In this document: piece by piece, positions 1 to 9,101 of the stretch
Layout of the letters: each line of letters begins with the position of its first letter
How positions within the stretch are numbered: position 1 is the stretch's first letter
From: an uncultured bacterium
Lineage (GTDB): Bacteria; Verrucomicrobiota; Verrucomicrobiia; Verrucomicrobiales; DEV007
Reading direction: 5' to 3'
DNA length: 64,000 bases
Assembly: GCA_963977015.1 (NCBI GenBank)
Contig: CAXBMO010000024.1
Span: 1-64,000 of the forward strand
The notes under the pieces: generated by a model
What the model was told of the DNA's origin: nothing
Database searches by the model: none
Seen by the model: the letters and a program-made list of their open reading frames with translations, nothing else
Position numbers and translations under genes: made by a program

Positions 1-28
1 CAAATCCTAGCAGAACTATCGTTTTGAG

Positions 29-307
29 GTGTCCAGCTTTCTGGATCAGGTCACCGCCACGATGAATACTGGTCGGATCTCCAATACCGACAGGGTTTTT
101 AGAGGAAACCCGTGCTTCCAATTGGACGTTTCCGCAAACCATGGAAATAGCGGCGGTCCAGTCCTGAACTCGCAAGGACGCGTCGTCGGAATATTGACGT
201 TCGGATTGGGCGATTTAGATATTGATCGGTTTAATTTCGCGATCCGTATCGATTCGGTTCGAACCTTTCTAGATAAGCAATTTGGTGTCGGCTATTCCCA
301 AAACTAG
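29..307 (+). CDS. C-terminal part of a trypsin-like (S1C/HtrA-type) serine protease; 5' part outside the window or disrupted
   Basis: Catalytic-Ser motif NHGNSGGPVLN..G.VVGI and FAI. An in-frame TAG lies at 8-10, so this may be a pseudogene fragment. Confidence 0.6.
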   Translation: MSSFLDQVTATMNTGRISNTDRVFRGNPCFQLDVSANHGNSGGPVLNSQGRVVGILTFGLGDLDIDRFNFAIRIDSVRTFLDKQFGVGYSQN

Positions 308-486
308 GTCGCTACCGGATTGATTCGTTCGTTCAAATTGTAAATGGATGCCCTCTGCACTTCGTTAGCTTCCGTTTAACACCGGCACAAAGTTAACAGT
401 TTTTGTGAAAGGAGAATATTGGCTCTTTGACAGTTTGAATCCGTTCCTTCCACAACACCTTTTCACTCATTCAACAGGACACCCTC

Positions 487-918
487 ATGAAACTCACTCC
501 CTTCCACATTGCCATTCCGGTTCGCAACATCCCGGAGAGCCGACAGTTCTATTCCACCGTCCTTGGCTGCGAGGAAGGGAGAAGCGATGAAACCTGGATC
601 GACTTCAATCTTTTCGGCCACCAGTTTGTTTGCCACCTCAATCCAGAAATCGGGAAGGATGGCAAACTCGCCTCACACTACAATCCGGTTGATGGGCATG
701 GCGTGCCGGTCCCGCACTACGGTGTCGTTCTGGAGATGGACGATTGGGAAGCCCTCGCAGCGAAGCTGAAAGGTCACGATATCGAGTTTGTGATTGATCC
801 GTACATCCGGTTCAAAGGGGAACCTGGTGAGCAGGCGACGATGTTTTTTCTGGATCCTTCCGGCAATGCCCTCGAGTTCAAGGCCTTCAAGGATATGGGC
901 CAGTTGTTCGCGGTCTAG
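487..918 (+). CDS. VOC/glyoxalase-family protein (putative dioxygenase)
   Basis: [37 protein letters not shown] motifs; AGGA upstream. Confidence 0.9.
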   Translation: MKLTPFHIAIPVRNIPESRQFYSTVLGCEEGRSDETWIDFNLFGHQFVCHLNPEIGKDGKLASHYNPVDGHGVPVPHYGVVLEMDDWEALAAKLKGHDIEFVIDPYIRFKGEPGEQATMFFLDPSGNALEFKAFKDMGQLFAV

Positions 919-933
919 CGGTTCGCAAACCTC

Positions 934-1497
934 TCACGCCAGCGCCTCACCTCCCTGCTCTTTTCCCAAGGCCTTGAGCTTGGCTCCGATTTTCAGGATC
1001 ACCCATGTCGCGATCGTAATCCCTCCCAGGGAGAAAAATACCCCGAGACCGGTCAACATCGTGATGGCGTAGGTTTGCAGGAAGCCCGCTCCTGACCCGT
1101 CCATCGCATCGCCCATGACGGCGCCAATGGAGAGCAGGCCACCCCAGTAGTCCAAAATGGAAAGCACCAGCATTTCGCCCTTCTTGATCATCATGCTGAT
1201 GGCGCCAACGACCGAGATCATCGCGATGCCGGCGCGAATGATGGTGCCGATTCGCAGGGCTTTGCCGAAGGGGGCAAATTCGATCTTCTTCCAGAATTCC
1301 CGGGTGGTGGCAAACGTCATCAGGCCAATCCAGGTAACGACGCCGGCGAACATGGCGGCGTTCGCCGAGGAGCCCTGAAAACCGGCAATTTTGGCGAGAA
1401 GAAAGCAGGGCGCGGCGTAAATCATGCCAAACATGGCCCAACGGGTGAGTTGGCGTTGAAACCATTGTTGATCGAGATGGGAGGAAGTTTCAGTCAT
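934..1497 (-). CDS. Hypothetical integral membrane protein
   Basis: About 5 hydrophobic segments; start taken at MTETSS. Confidence 0.7.
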   Translation of the reverse strand: MTETSSHLDQQWFQRQLTRWAMFGMIYAAPCFLLAKIAGFQGSSANAAMFAGVVTWIGLMTFATTREFWKKIEFAPFGKALRIGTIIRAGIAMISVVGAISMMIKKGEMLVLSILDYWGGLLSIGAVMGDAMDGSGAGFLQTYAITMLTGLGVFFSLGGITIATWVILKIGAKLKALGKEQGGEALA

Positions 1498-1611
1498 GGG
1501 ACTACGTTGGCGAAGCTTTGCGAAAACAGTTTGAAGCAACCATGAAGAATCGGTGAAATCAAAGTTCACAAATTTTGCAACGATGCGACTTCACCATTCG
1601 TGATAACGCCA

Positions 1612-2814
1612 ATGAAGTGTTTCCTCAGCTTTCCCATCGTTTTCTTGCTCGCCGGAATCGCACAAGGCGAAATCCAGGTGGAAACCGATTTCCCCGGAGG
1701 TTCCGGAGCCGTCACCAACATCGACCAATCAACGGGATGGATTCAACTCGACCCCGCCGATCATCCGGGGAAAGGTTGGCGCTGCTGGTGGTATGTGAGA
1801 TTGGTTGGCCTCCAACCTCAGCAAACAATCACCCTCGATGTCGGCAACGCGCCGTGGGCAACGCCGGATCGCGCGACCTACAGTGAGGACGGAGGCAAGA
1901 CCTGGGTTCAAACCGGGAAAGGCGTTCGCGAAGACAAGCGAATCCGGTATTCGCTTCAATTGAACGAACCAACGGCATTGATCGCATGGGGACCACCATT
2001 CGTACCTGCAGATTCCCAGGCTCTGGTCGATTCGCTGGCCTCACGGAATCCCGACGCGACCGCATTCTCACTCTGCGAAACTCGCGGCGGCCTTTCCACG
2101 CCCGCTCTACGCATTGGCAAGCGGCAGCACTCTGACGTTGGGGCGAATCGCAGCCTCATCTGGATTCAAGCCCGTCAACACGCCTGGGAATCCGGCTCGA
2201 GCTGGGTTTGCAAGGGGCTGGCGGAATGGATTATTTCTGATGCCCCTGAAGCGGCCAACCTTCGCAAGCAATTTGAGATCGTGATTGTTCCGGTCATGGA
2301 CATCGACAATGTCCAATTGGGAGCTGGCGGGAAAAACCAGAAACCCCAGGATCACAATCGGGATTGGAGCGACGCCCCTCACTGGAACGCGGTCGCGGCG
2401 GCTCAGAAAGAAATCAAGACAGCGGCTGAACTCGGAAGATTGGCGGCATTCATCGACTTGCACAACCCGGGCGCGGATAGCGTTTTCCCGTACTTTTACG
2501 TTCCTCCGCAGGACGCCCTCAGCGAAGTTGCGCAGGCGAATCTCGACCATTTCGTGCAGGCGGCGAAAGCGGAAATGGTGGGGCCACTTCGATTCACCGG
2601 GAAGACGATTGAGTCGGGGGCCAGCTACGATCCCAAGGCTTGGACGCGAATCAGCAAAAACTGGGTTGCCAATCTTGGGACTGACGCGATTTCAGTCACG
2701 TTGGAAACCTCATGGAACACCGCAGAAAGCACAACGTCCGGCTACCAAACCGTTGGGAGCCAACTGGGCAAGGCCCTCGCCCGGCATTTCGCCGACCATC
2801 AGATCGCCGAGTAA
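1612..2814 (+). CDS. Secreted M14-family zinc carboxypeptidase
   Basis: Signal peptide; HxxE (QHAWE), NRDW, DLH zinc ligand, TLE near the C-terminus. Confidence 0.85.
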   Translation: MKCFLSFPIVFLLAGIAQGEIQVETDFPGGSGAVTNIDQSTGWIQLDPADHPGKGWRCWWYVRLVGLQPQQTITLDVGNAPWATPDRATYSEDGGKTWVQTGKGVREDKRIRYSLQLNEPTALIAWGPPFVPADSQALVDSLASRNPDATAFSLCETRGGLSTPALRIGKRQHSDVGANRSLIWIQARQHAWESGSSWVCKGLAEWIISDAPEAANLRKQFEIVIVPVMDIDNVQLGAGGKNQKPQDHNRDWSDAPHWNAVAAAQKEIKTAAELGRLAAFIDLHNPGADSVFPYFYVPPQDALSEVAQANLDHFVQAAKAEMVGPLRFTGKTIESGASYDPKAWTRISKNWVANLGTDAISVTLETSWNTAESTTSGYQTVGSQLGKALARHFADHQIAE

Positions 2815-2821
2815 GGAAACC

Positions 2822-3517
2822 ATGATCTGGGCGCTTCACGGAAATTTGGGAGATTGCCGAGATTGGGATGCGCTTAGGCCGAACCTTCCAAAGCTGGAAA
2901 CCGTTGATCTCTGGGCGCCTCCGCCGCTCGACTTCGAGAAATGGGCTTACCAGCTCAATGATTTGGTGAGCGCCACCGATCCGGATCCCGTATTGCTGGG
3001 CTATTCACTGGGGGGACGGCTCGCCATGCATTGCGCGACGGGGCTCGATTCGGTTTGGAAAGCCGCCGTCTTCGTTTCCGCCCATCCCGGCCTCACCAGC
3101 GAAGCGGAACGGGAATCCCGGCGCAAAGCCGACCACTCCTGGGCGGAAAAACTGCGAACGCAGGGAGTCGAGGAGTTTCTCGAAGCGTGGAACCAGCAAC
3201 CGGTTTTCCTAGCCGATCAGGCTTCCGATCGCCAAACCGAGGTCGTCTCGCGCAATCGAACGGCCATTGCCCAGGCCTTTGAATCATGGTCGCTCGGCAA
3301 CCAAACCGACCAGCGTCCGCTTCTCGCCAATGCGGATCTTCCCCAACTCTGGGTCGCGGGAGAGAACGACCCCAAATTCTGCGAACTGGCCGAAAACGCA
3401 GTCTCGGAAATCCCGCACGCATCCCTCTGCATTTTGCCCAATGCTGGCCACCGGGTTGTGCTTGAACAACCCGAATCCTTGGCGAACGAAATTCGCCGGT
3501 TTCTCGCGACGATCTAA
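2822..3517 (+). CDS. menH: 2-succinyl-6-hydroxy-2,4-cyclohexadiene-1-carboxylate synthase-like alpha/beta hydrolase
   Basis: LHG, GYSLGGRLA, SAHPGL...R...D..W, GENDPKF, AGH; AAGGA RBS; menB nearby. Confidence 0.8.
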   Translation: MIWALHGNLGDCRDWDALRPNLPKLETVDLWAPPPLDFEKWAYQLNDLVSATDPDPVLLGYSLGGRLAMHCATGLDSVWKAAVFVSAHPGLTSEAERESRRKADHSWAEKLRTQGVEEFLEAWNQQPVFLADQASDRQTEVVSRNRTAIAQAFESWSLGNQTDQRPLLANADLPQLWVAGENDPKFCELAENAVSEIPHASLCILPNAGHRVVLEQPESLANEIRRFLATI

Positions 3518-3690
3518 CGTCGGCACAGCCGACTCGAAGTGCGCCGCTTTTTCTCCATCAAATCGGCAAGAAGCTTTTCCTCCGACTGATCGAGAATATT
3601 GCTGATCAGGCGAACGTAGGCCAGGTCTTGTGCCGACGGTGCTTGGCGAGGCACTTTCGAGCGAGGTTGTTGCGTTGTGGTTAACGTCAT
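3514..3690 (-). CDS. Small hypothetical protein (58 aa)
   Basis: ATG-started ORF MTLTTTQQPRSK...RLCRR filling the menH-menB gap, with a helical core. No family recognised. Confidence 0.4.
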   Translation of the reverse strand: MTLTTTQQPRSKVPRQAPSAQDLAYVRLISNILDQSEEKLLADLMEKKRRTSSRLCRR

Positions 3691-3902
3691 GGTGCTGGTA
3701 GGGTGTCGAGGGTCTACTTGTACTTGTGGAGAAGGTTTCCGATGTGACGGAAAAAGTCCTCCGAGGCGCCGAATGGCCCGAATTAGAAGTTCAAGCCGAG
3801 AAAGCTCCATTAAATTACACGTTTCGAGGTCAAGATTTCTTGCAGGAAGCCGTCCGGTCGGCAGACTCCACCTGAATATTCCAATCGTAACCGATTCCTG
3901 AC

Positions 3903-4715
3903 ATGTGGACCGAAGCTGCCGAATTTACCGACCTGAAATATCACAAAACCGAAGACGGGATCGCCAAAATCACGATCAACCGTCCTGAAGTTCGCAATGC
4001 GTTCCGACCGCAAACGGTTAAGGAAATGCTCATCGCCTTCGAATTGGCGCATGAGGATCCCGAAGTTGGCGTCATCATCCTGACGGGCGAAGGCGACAAA
4101 GCGTTCTGCTCAGGCGGCGACCAAAAGGTGCGCGGACATGCGGGCTACGTCGGAGAAGACGGCGTTCCGCGCCTCAACATCCTCGACGTTCAGAAGAAGA
4201 TTCGTGGATTGCCGAAACCCGTCATCGCGATGGTCGCCGGCTACGCCATCGGCGGCGGACACGTCCTCCACATCGTCTGCGATTTAACCATCGCAGCCGA
4301 CAATGCGCGATTTGGCCAAACCGGTCCCAAGGTCGGCTCCTTTGACGGCGGACTCGGCTCCAGCTACCTCGCGCGAATCGTCGGCCAGAAAAAAGCGCGG
4401 GAGATCTGGTATCTCTGCCGCCAATACGACGCACAGCAAGCTCTCGACATGGGGCTCGTCAACACCGTCGTTCCCCTGGAGCAGCTCGAGGAGGAAACCG
4501 TCAAATGGGCTCGCGAGATTTTGCAGCACTCCCCGCTCGCCCTGCGTTGCCTCAAAGCCTCACTCAATGCCGATTGCGACGGCCAGATGGGCCTTCTCGA
4601 CCTCGCCGGGAACGCCACCCTCCTGTACTACATGAGCGAAGAAGCTAAAGAAGGCAAAAACGCCTTCGTCGAGAAGCGGAAGCCCGACTTCACGAAGTTT
4701 CCGCGGGTGCCGTAA
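3903..4715 (+). CDS. menB: 1,4-dihydroxy-2-naphthoyl-CoA synthase
   Basis: [38 protein letters not shown]. Confidence 0.97.
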   Translation: MWTEAAEFTDLKYHKTEDGIAKITINRPEVRNAFRPQTVKEMLIAFELAHEDPEVGVIILTGEGDKAFCSGGDQKVRGHAGYVGEDGVPRLNILDVQKKIRGLPKPVIAMVAGYAIGGGHVLHIVCDLTIAADNARFGQTGPKVGSFDGGLGSSYLARIVGQKKAREIWYLCRQYDAQQALDMGLVNTVVPLEQLEEETVKWAREILQHSPLALRCLKASLNADCDGQMGLLDLAGNATLLYYMSEEAKEGKNAFVEKRKPDFTKFPRVP

Positions 4716-4785
4716 CCCGCACCTCCTCCCAAAATTGGCATTTTTTGAATTCGAATCCTGAGCAATTCCCGCTTAGATCGATTCC

Positions 4786-6264
4786 ATGCTTGGCAAACCC
4801 CTCCTGTTCTCCCTTATCTTCGCCGCGTCCGCCGTGGCGCAGCCGAACCTCGTTCTCATCATTGCCGATGACATGAGTTGGGACGATTGCGGCGCTTATG
4901 GGCATCCATCCATTCGCACGCCGAACCTCGACAAACTCGCGGAGCAGGGGATGACGTTCGACAACGCCTTTCTCACAATCAGCTCCTGTTCGCCGAGCCG
5001 TTGCTCCATCCTCACGGGCCGCTATCCGCACAATACCGATGCCGAGGAACTCCATTGGCCACTTCCCGATGCGCAAATCACGTTCACGGAAAAACTCCGC
5101 GAGGCCGGTTACTGGTGCGGAGCGGCTGGAAAATGGCACCTCGGCGAGGATGCCCGTGACCGGTTCGACAAGATCATGGAGGTCGACACCTCGGGATTCC
5201 AGCTTCCAACCGGGAAAGCGGGCGAAGCCGGTAAATTTGTCGAGTCGCTCGAAGGCGAGGCTCAAAGCGGGTGCGCCGATTGGGTTCCGCTGATGAAAGC
5301 GCGCGACAAGGAGAAGCCCTTCTTTCTCTGGCTCGCCGCGGTCGATCCCCATCGCGATTACTACGAAAACATCATCCCCGAGCCGCATCAGCCTGAAGAT
5401 GTGATCGTCTCGCCCTATCATGTCGACAATCCGGAAACGCGCGCCGACTACGCCCTCTACTACGACGAGATCACGCGTCTCGATCGCTATGTGGGCCTTG
5501 TTCTGGAAGAACTGGACGCTCAGGGAGTCGCCGACAACACCCTCGTCCTCTTCATCAGCGACAACGGCAAACCCTTCCCTCGCGACAAGACCACGCTTTA
5601 CGACAGCGGCATCAAAACGCCGTGGATTGTGCGTTGGCCGGGCCACGCCGAGGCCGGAACCCGCTGTAGTCAGGTCGTCAGCGTGATCGACATCGCCCCA
5701 ACCTTTCTCAAGCTCGCCAATGCCGAGGTCGACCGCAGCTTTCAGGGCCTCGATTTCGCGCCGCTCCTTGCCGATCCCACCAAACACGTTCGCCGCTACG
5801 CCTTTGCCGAGAAAAACTGGCACGACTTTGAGGACCACGCCCGCATGGTGCGCGATCACCGCTTCAAGCTGATCTTCAATGCCTACCCGGACCTGACTCA
5901 AACGCCCTCCGCCGACTCCGCTCGCAGCCCCACCTTTCAATCGATTCTCAAGCTCGCCGATTCCGATAAACTCACCGAAGCCCAGAAGTCCTGCATCACG
6001 GCACCGCGCCCGCTTCTCGAGCTTTACGACACCGAAGCCGATCCTCACGAGTTGACCAACCTGATCGACAATCCGGAATTGGTCGATGACTTGGCGCGCC
6101 TGAGTCAAGAACTCGACGCCTGGACCAAGCGCACGAACGATTACGTCCCCACCCTTCGCACCGCTGATGAATTTGACCGCATTACCGGCAAACCCACTCC
6201 CGCACGGGTTCGCCCGCGCCACACCAAGGCGCAGATGGTTTCCGACGGTCTCGTCGCGCCCTAA
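4786..6264 (+). CDS. Secreted sulfatase (sulfamidase-like)
   Basis: Signal peptide; IIADD, CSPSR formylglycine motif, LTGRYP, GKWHLG, SDNG. Confidence 0.93.
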   Translation: MLGKPLLFSLIFAASAVAQPNLVLIIADDMSWDDCGAYGHPSIRTPNLDKLAEQGMTFDNAFLTISSCSPSRCSILTGRYPHNTDAEELHWPLPDAQITFTEKLREAGYWCGAAGKWHLGEDARDRFDKIMEVDTSGFQLPTGKAGEAGKFVESLEGEAQSGCADWVPLMKARDKEKPFFLWLAAVDPHRDYYENIIPEPHQPEDVIVSPYHVDNPETRADYALYYDEITRLDRYVGLVLEELDAQGVADNTLVLFISDNGKPFPRDKTTLYDSGIKTPWIVRWPGHAEAGTRCSQVVSVIDIAPTFLKLANAEVDRSFQGLDFAPLLADPTKHVRRYAFAEKNWHDFEDHARMVRDHRFKLIFNAYPDLTQTPSADSARSPTFQSILKLADSDKLTEAQKSCITAPRPLLELYDTEADPHELTNLIDNPELVDDLARLSQELDAWTKRTNDYVPTLRTADEFDRITGKPTPARVRPRHTKAQMVSDGLVAP

Positions 6265-6701
6265 TCCAGAGCGTATTTCGCTTTCCAGCTTTCCGGAATC
6301 GTCAGTCGAAGGCCATAGAGATACCGAATCAACTGCCCATGATGGGCGGCTTCGTGTTCGAGCAGGTCGATCAACAGGCGATTCTGGACATCGGTGAACG
6401 AATCGATCGTGTCCAGGATCTCCGAGACCCCGTCAGCCGAGCGGCGCAGCGCATCGGCAACCGGAGTTTTCTCAGTGGTTGAAGCCAGCGAACATGAAAA
6501 TCCCGACCACTTATTGGCCTTGATTGCGGCAGTCATGCTTTCCCGAGCGCCGACGACACACCACAACTGTAACCCCAACGTATTGGAGGGGAGCGTGGGC
6601 AGCTTCGAACTCAAAATCTCCTCGTCGATCGACTCAATCAAATCGCCATAAAGGACGAACGACCGCCGAAAGCTCTCGGTAACGATCGAGGAAATGGGCA
6701 T
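6261..6701 (-). CDS. DinB/YfiT-like four-helix-bundle protein
   Basis: C-terminal HEAAHHGQL motif; GAGG upstream. Confidence 0.65.
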   Translation of the reverse strand: MPISSIVTESFRRSFVLYGDLIESIDEEILSSKLPTLPSNTLGLQLWCVVGARESMTAAIKANKWSGFSCSLASTTEKTPVADALRRSADGVSEILDTIDSFTDVQNRLLIDLLEHEAAHHGQLIRYLYGLRLTIPESWKAKYALD

Positions 6702-6710
6702 TCTTGAACC

Positions 6711-6866
6711 TCAATCCTCAGTCTCGGAATCGGGGTCTTCCAGAGCAGCTCTGGAAGCTTCAGCGGCCTTCTTTTCCGCCTTCGCAGCCTCGCGAGCCAT
6801 CCGTTTGTCTTCCTTCTTCTGTTCACGCTCCCGGCGCTTGTAGTCTTTGCTTGGAGTAAATGCCAT
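6711..6866 (-). CDS. Small highly charged protein (51 aa), absent from the ORF track
   Basis: My translation: MAFTPSKDYKRREREQKKEDKRMAREAAKAEKKAAEASRAALEDPDSETED*. GGGAGG Shine-Dalgarno 4 nt before the ATG; stop lies 9 nt before the next gene. Confidence 0.7.
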   Translation of the reverse strand: MAFTPSKDYKRREREQKKEDKRMAREAAKAEKKAAEASRAALEDPDSETED

Positions 6867-6968
6867 TGTGCCTCCCTTTAGTTTCAACCAAGGACCTGAT
6901 CAACCCATTTTGGCAAAAGCCTGCCGCTCCAGGACCAAAGCCTGGATGAAAATGGTGATCTTGTGAGT

Positions 6969-8036
6969 CTACTTGGAGGCTGTCAACCAGGCCAATGGCA
7001 GGCCGGAAACCTCGACGAGTTTGAAGTCGCCGGGGTTCCAGAAGCTGAAGGCAATGAAGAGCTTCTGGATCTTGCCATCAACGGTGTGGGGCCACCACGC
7101 AGCGTTGTGGATATGGGTGCCTAGCTTGAAACCAAAGTCTCGTTTGGGAATCAGCGTGGAAATCAATTGCTTGGAAGGCCAATGGTAGATGTAACACGGT
7201 GCCCCGGGATAGGAAGCCTCCTTGCTACCGCCACCGCGCAGGCAACCAATGAGGGCAAAGTCGCCGATGAAGTCGATATCACAGGGCGCGCTCCCTTTGG
7301 CCAGGGCAAAGCGCTCAATCACCTCCCCCTTGTCATTCACGGTGCAGATCTCACCGGAACCCCGGCTGCACACGACCCAGTTCCCCTCGTGATAGGTGCC
7401 ACCATGAGCGGTGTTGAACTCCGATTTACCGCCAAAAATCGACTTGGGCTCCTCAATATCAAAGACCAGGCTGGTCCCATAGCCATCAAACGCCCACGGA
7501 TTTCCCGTAATCGGGTGAATCTCCACATCCGTTGGTTTGTAGGCTCCAGGTTTGGCGAATGCTTCGTGAATCGATGCATCGGGAATGATGTCGTAGAATC
7601 CTGAATCCGAGAACGAACGAAAACGAACCAATTTCCGGATGTTGTCCGAAAAGTAGAAACTGGGCATCGCTCCGCCCATGTCCAATGCAAGGCCGTGGAA
7701 ATTGCCCACGCCAAACTCCTCATCATCCAAAAGGATGCTTCCGGCACCGGGATCCACGGTGAACCGAATGACTTTGGTGCCAATCGTCGTGTAAAGATCA
7801 CTGGTCTCGGGGTCGACGACGCTTCCCCCGTGGTTCTTCACCAAATACGCGGCCAACGCTTCATCTTCGGGCAGGGAATACTCATCAGCCTTCCGATAAA
7901 TGAGAGCCCCCCAATCGCTCACCACGAATGGCGACGCGTGATCCGCGGAATGCGTTCCCTCCTCGTCGTGGCCAGGGTGCGCAAACCCTGTAAAACCGCT
8001 AAAAACCAGAAGTGCAAGAGTGAGTAATAGTCTCAT
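6969..8036 (-). CDS. Secreted NHL/beta-propeller-like protein with His-rich N-terminus
   Basis: Signal peptide MRLLLTLALL, HPGHDEEGTHSADH, PTDV, DGYG, FNTAHG segments. Confidence 0.65.
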   Translation of the reverse strand: MRLLLTLALLVFSGFTGFAHPGHDEEGTHSADHASPFVVSDWGALIYRKADEYSLPEDEALAAYLVKNHGGSVVDPETSDLYTTIGTKVIRFTVDPGAGSILLDDEEFGVGNFHGLALDMGGAMPSFYFSDNIRKLVRFRSFSDSGFYDIIPDASIHEAFAKPGAYKPTDVEIHPITGNPWAFDGYGTSLVFDIEEPKSIFGGKSEFNTAHGGTYHEGNWVVCSRGSGEICTVNDKGEVIERFALAKGSAPCDIDFIGDFALIGCLRGGGSKEASYPGAPCYIYHWPSKQLISTLIPKRDFGFKLGTHIHNAAWWPHTVDGKIQKLFIAFSFWNPGDFKLVEVSGLPLAWLTASK

Positions 8037-8181
8037 GAGATAGAATTGGTTCAAAATTGTGAGCAGATAACGTGCCTCTTGTGAAGAGAGAGAAACATTA
8101 ACCACCCCGTATCCTGAAAGCGCAGTCCCCTCGATTCGACGGCTTATGGACGCAAGTTAAAAAACCGCAAAATTCCGGTGC

Positions 8182-8955
8182 CTACTCTCCATTCCGAAAC
8201 TCATGCCCCTTGAACTCGAAAACCGGCTTTTGCTTCCGTTCCTTCAGGTAGTTCGGGTCGTAAGCTTGCAGGAGAGACTCCACCCCGCTAAAGAAATGCG
8301 CCTCCGACTGATCGATCGACCGGCGCAACCAGAACCCCACCGCCGTATTCGCCTCATACCAATCCAGCCCTAGGCTCCGCTCGGCAAAATCGCTGAACTG
8401 CCGGTCCAGACCAAACTCGAACCCACCGGCAAGTCGCATCCTGACGCGTTTCAAATACTCCTCGCGCGCCGTCTCCATCCACTGGGGGTTCGCCTGACAA
8501 ACCAACGCAGCCTCGTAATACGTCTGCACCAGACGCTTCACGTGCGAATCATAGCTTTCCTGAGTGGCTGCGACAAAACTGGCGTCCCCCGTCAATTCCC
8601 GGCAGATTTTCGCCAACTTCGCCACCGCGACAGGATTGTAGCGCCCGAACTCTGCCTCACTCTCGCAGTTAATCGCGCCGCCATCGTGTGGTCCCTCGAG
8701 AAAAAGCGGCCCTTTCACCAGCTTCTGGAACGTCGCGAGCGAAAGATTCCCACCAACCTGATTGAAAAGCCCACGCACGCCCCGTTCCGGAAGCCAGGTC
8801 GGCAATTCGTCCGGAAGCGCGACCGGCTCCGGGTTCGTCGCTGCAGTCACCAACTGATCCCGGACGAGCAACCCGATCGCCGGTTTTCGGGGTCCATTGC
8901 TCGTGGCGACTAGAAAAATCAGGGTAAAGGAGGTGAGAAAGGCAACAACGGTCAT
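8182..8955 (-). CDS. Hypothetical protein with N-terminal membrane anchor
   Basis: 257-aa ORF with hydrophobic N-terminus; no family recognised. Confidence 0.6.
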   Translation of the reverse strand: MTVVAFLTSFTLIFLVATSNGPRKPAIGLLVRDQLVTAATNPEPVALPDELPTWLPERGVRGLFNQVGGNLSLATFQKLVKGPLFLEGPHDGGAINCESEAEFGRYNPVAVAKLAKICRELTGDASFVAATQESYDSHVKRLVQTYYEAALVCQANPQWMETAREEYLKRVRMRLAGGFEFGLDRQFSDFAERSLGLDWYEANTAVGFWLRRSIDQSEAHFFSGVESLLQAYDPNYLKERKQKPVFEFKGHEFRNGE

Positions 8956-9101
8956 GACGGATCGATAGGAAGAACTGGGTTGGAGGTTTGGACGGCACGA
9001 TGAGCCGAGAATTCGCCTTCACATCGCAAAGCGACTGATCAGGATTGGCCGAACGGCTCCCTCCAGTCGGAATGCCGGTATTCGATTCGCGCTTCCCCCT
9101 T

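Noticed and set aside
2285-2821. N-terminal extension of the 410-aa ORF, suggesting a MenH fusion
   Set aside because: It overlaps the carboxypeptidase in another frame; the true start is the ATG at 2822 with an AAGGA RBS.
8955-9000. Possible frameshift extending the 8182-8955 ORF upstream (VPSKPPTQFFLSI...)
   Set aside because: The ATG at 8955 already gives a plausible hydrophobic N-terminus, and there is no family motif to test the join.
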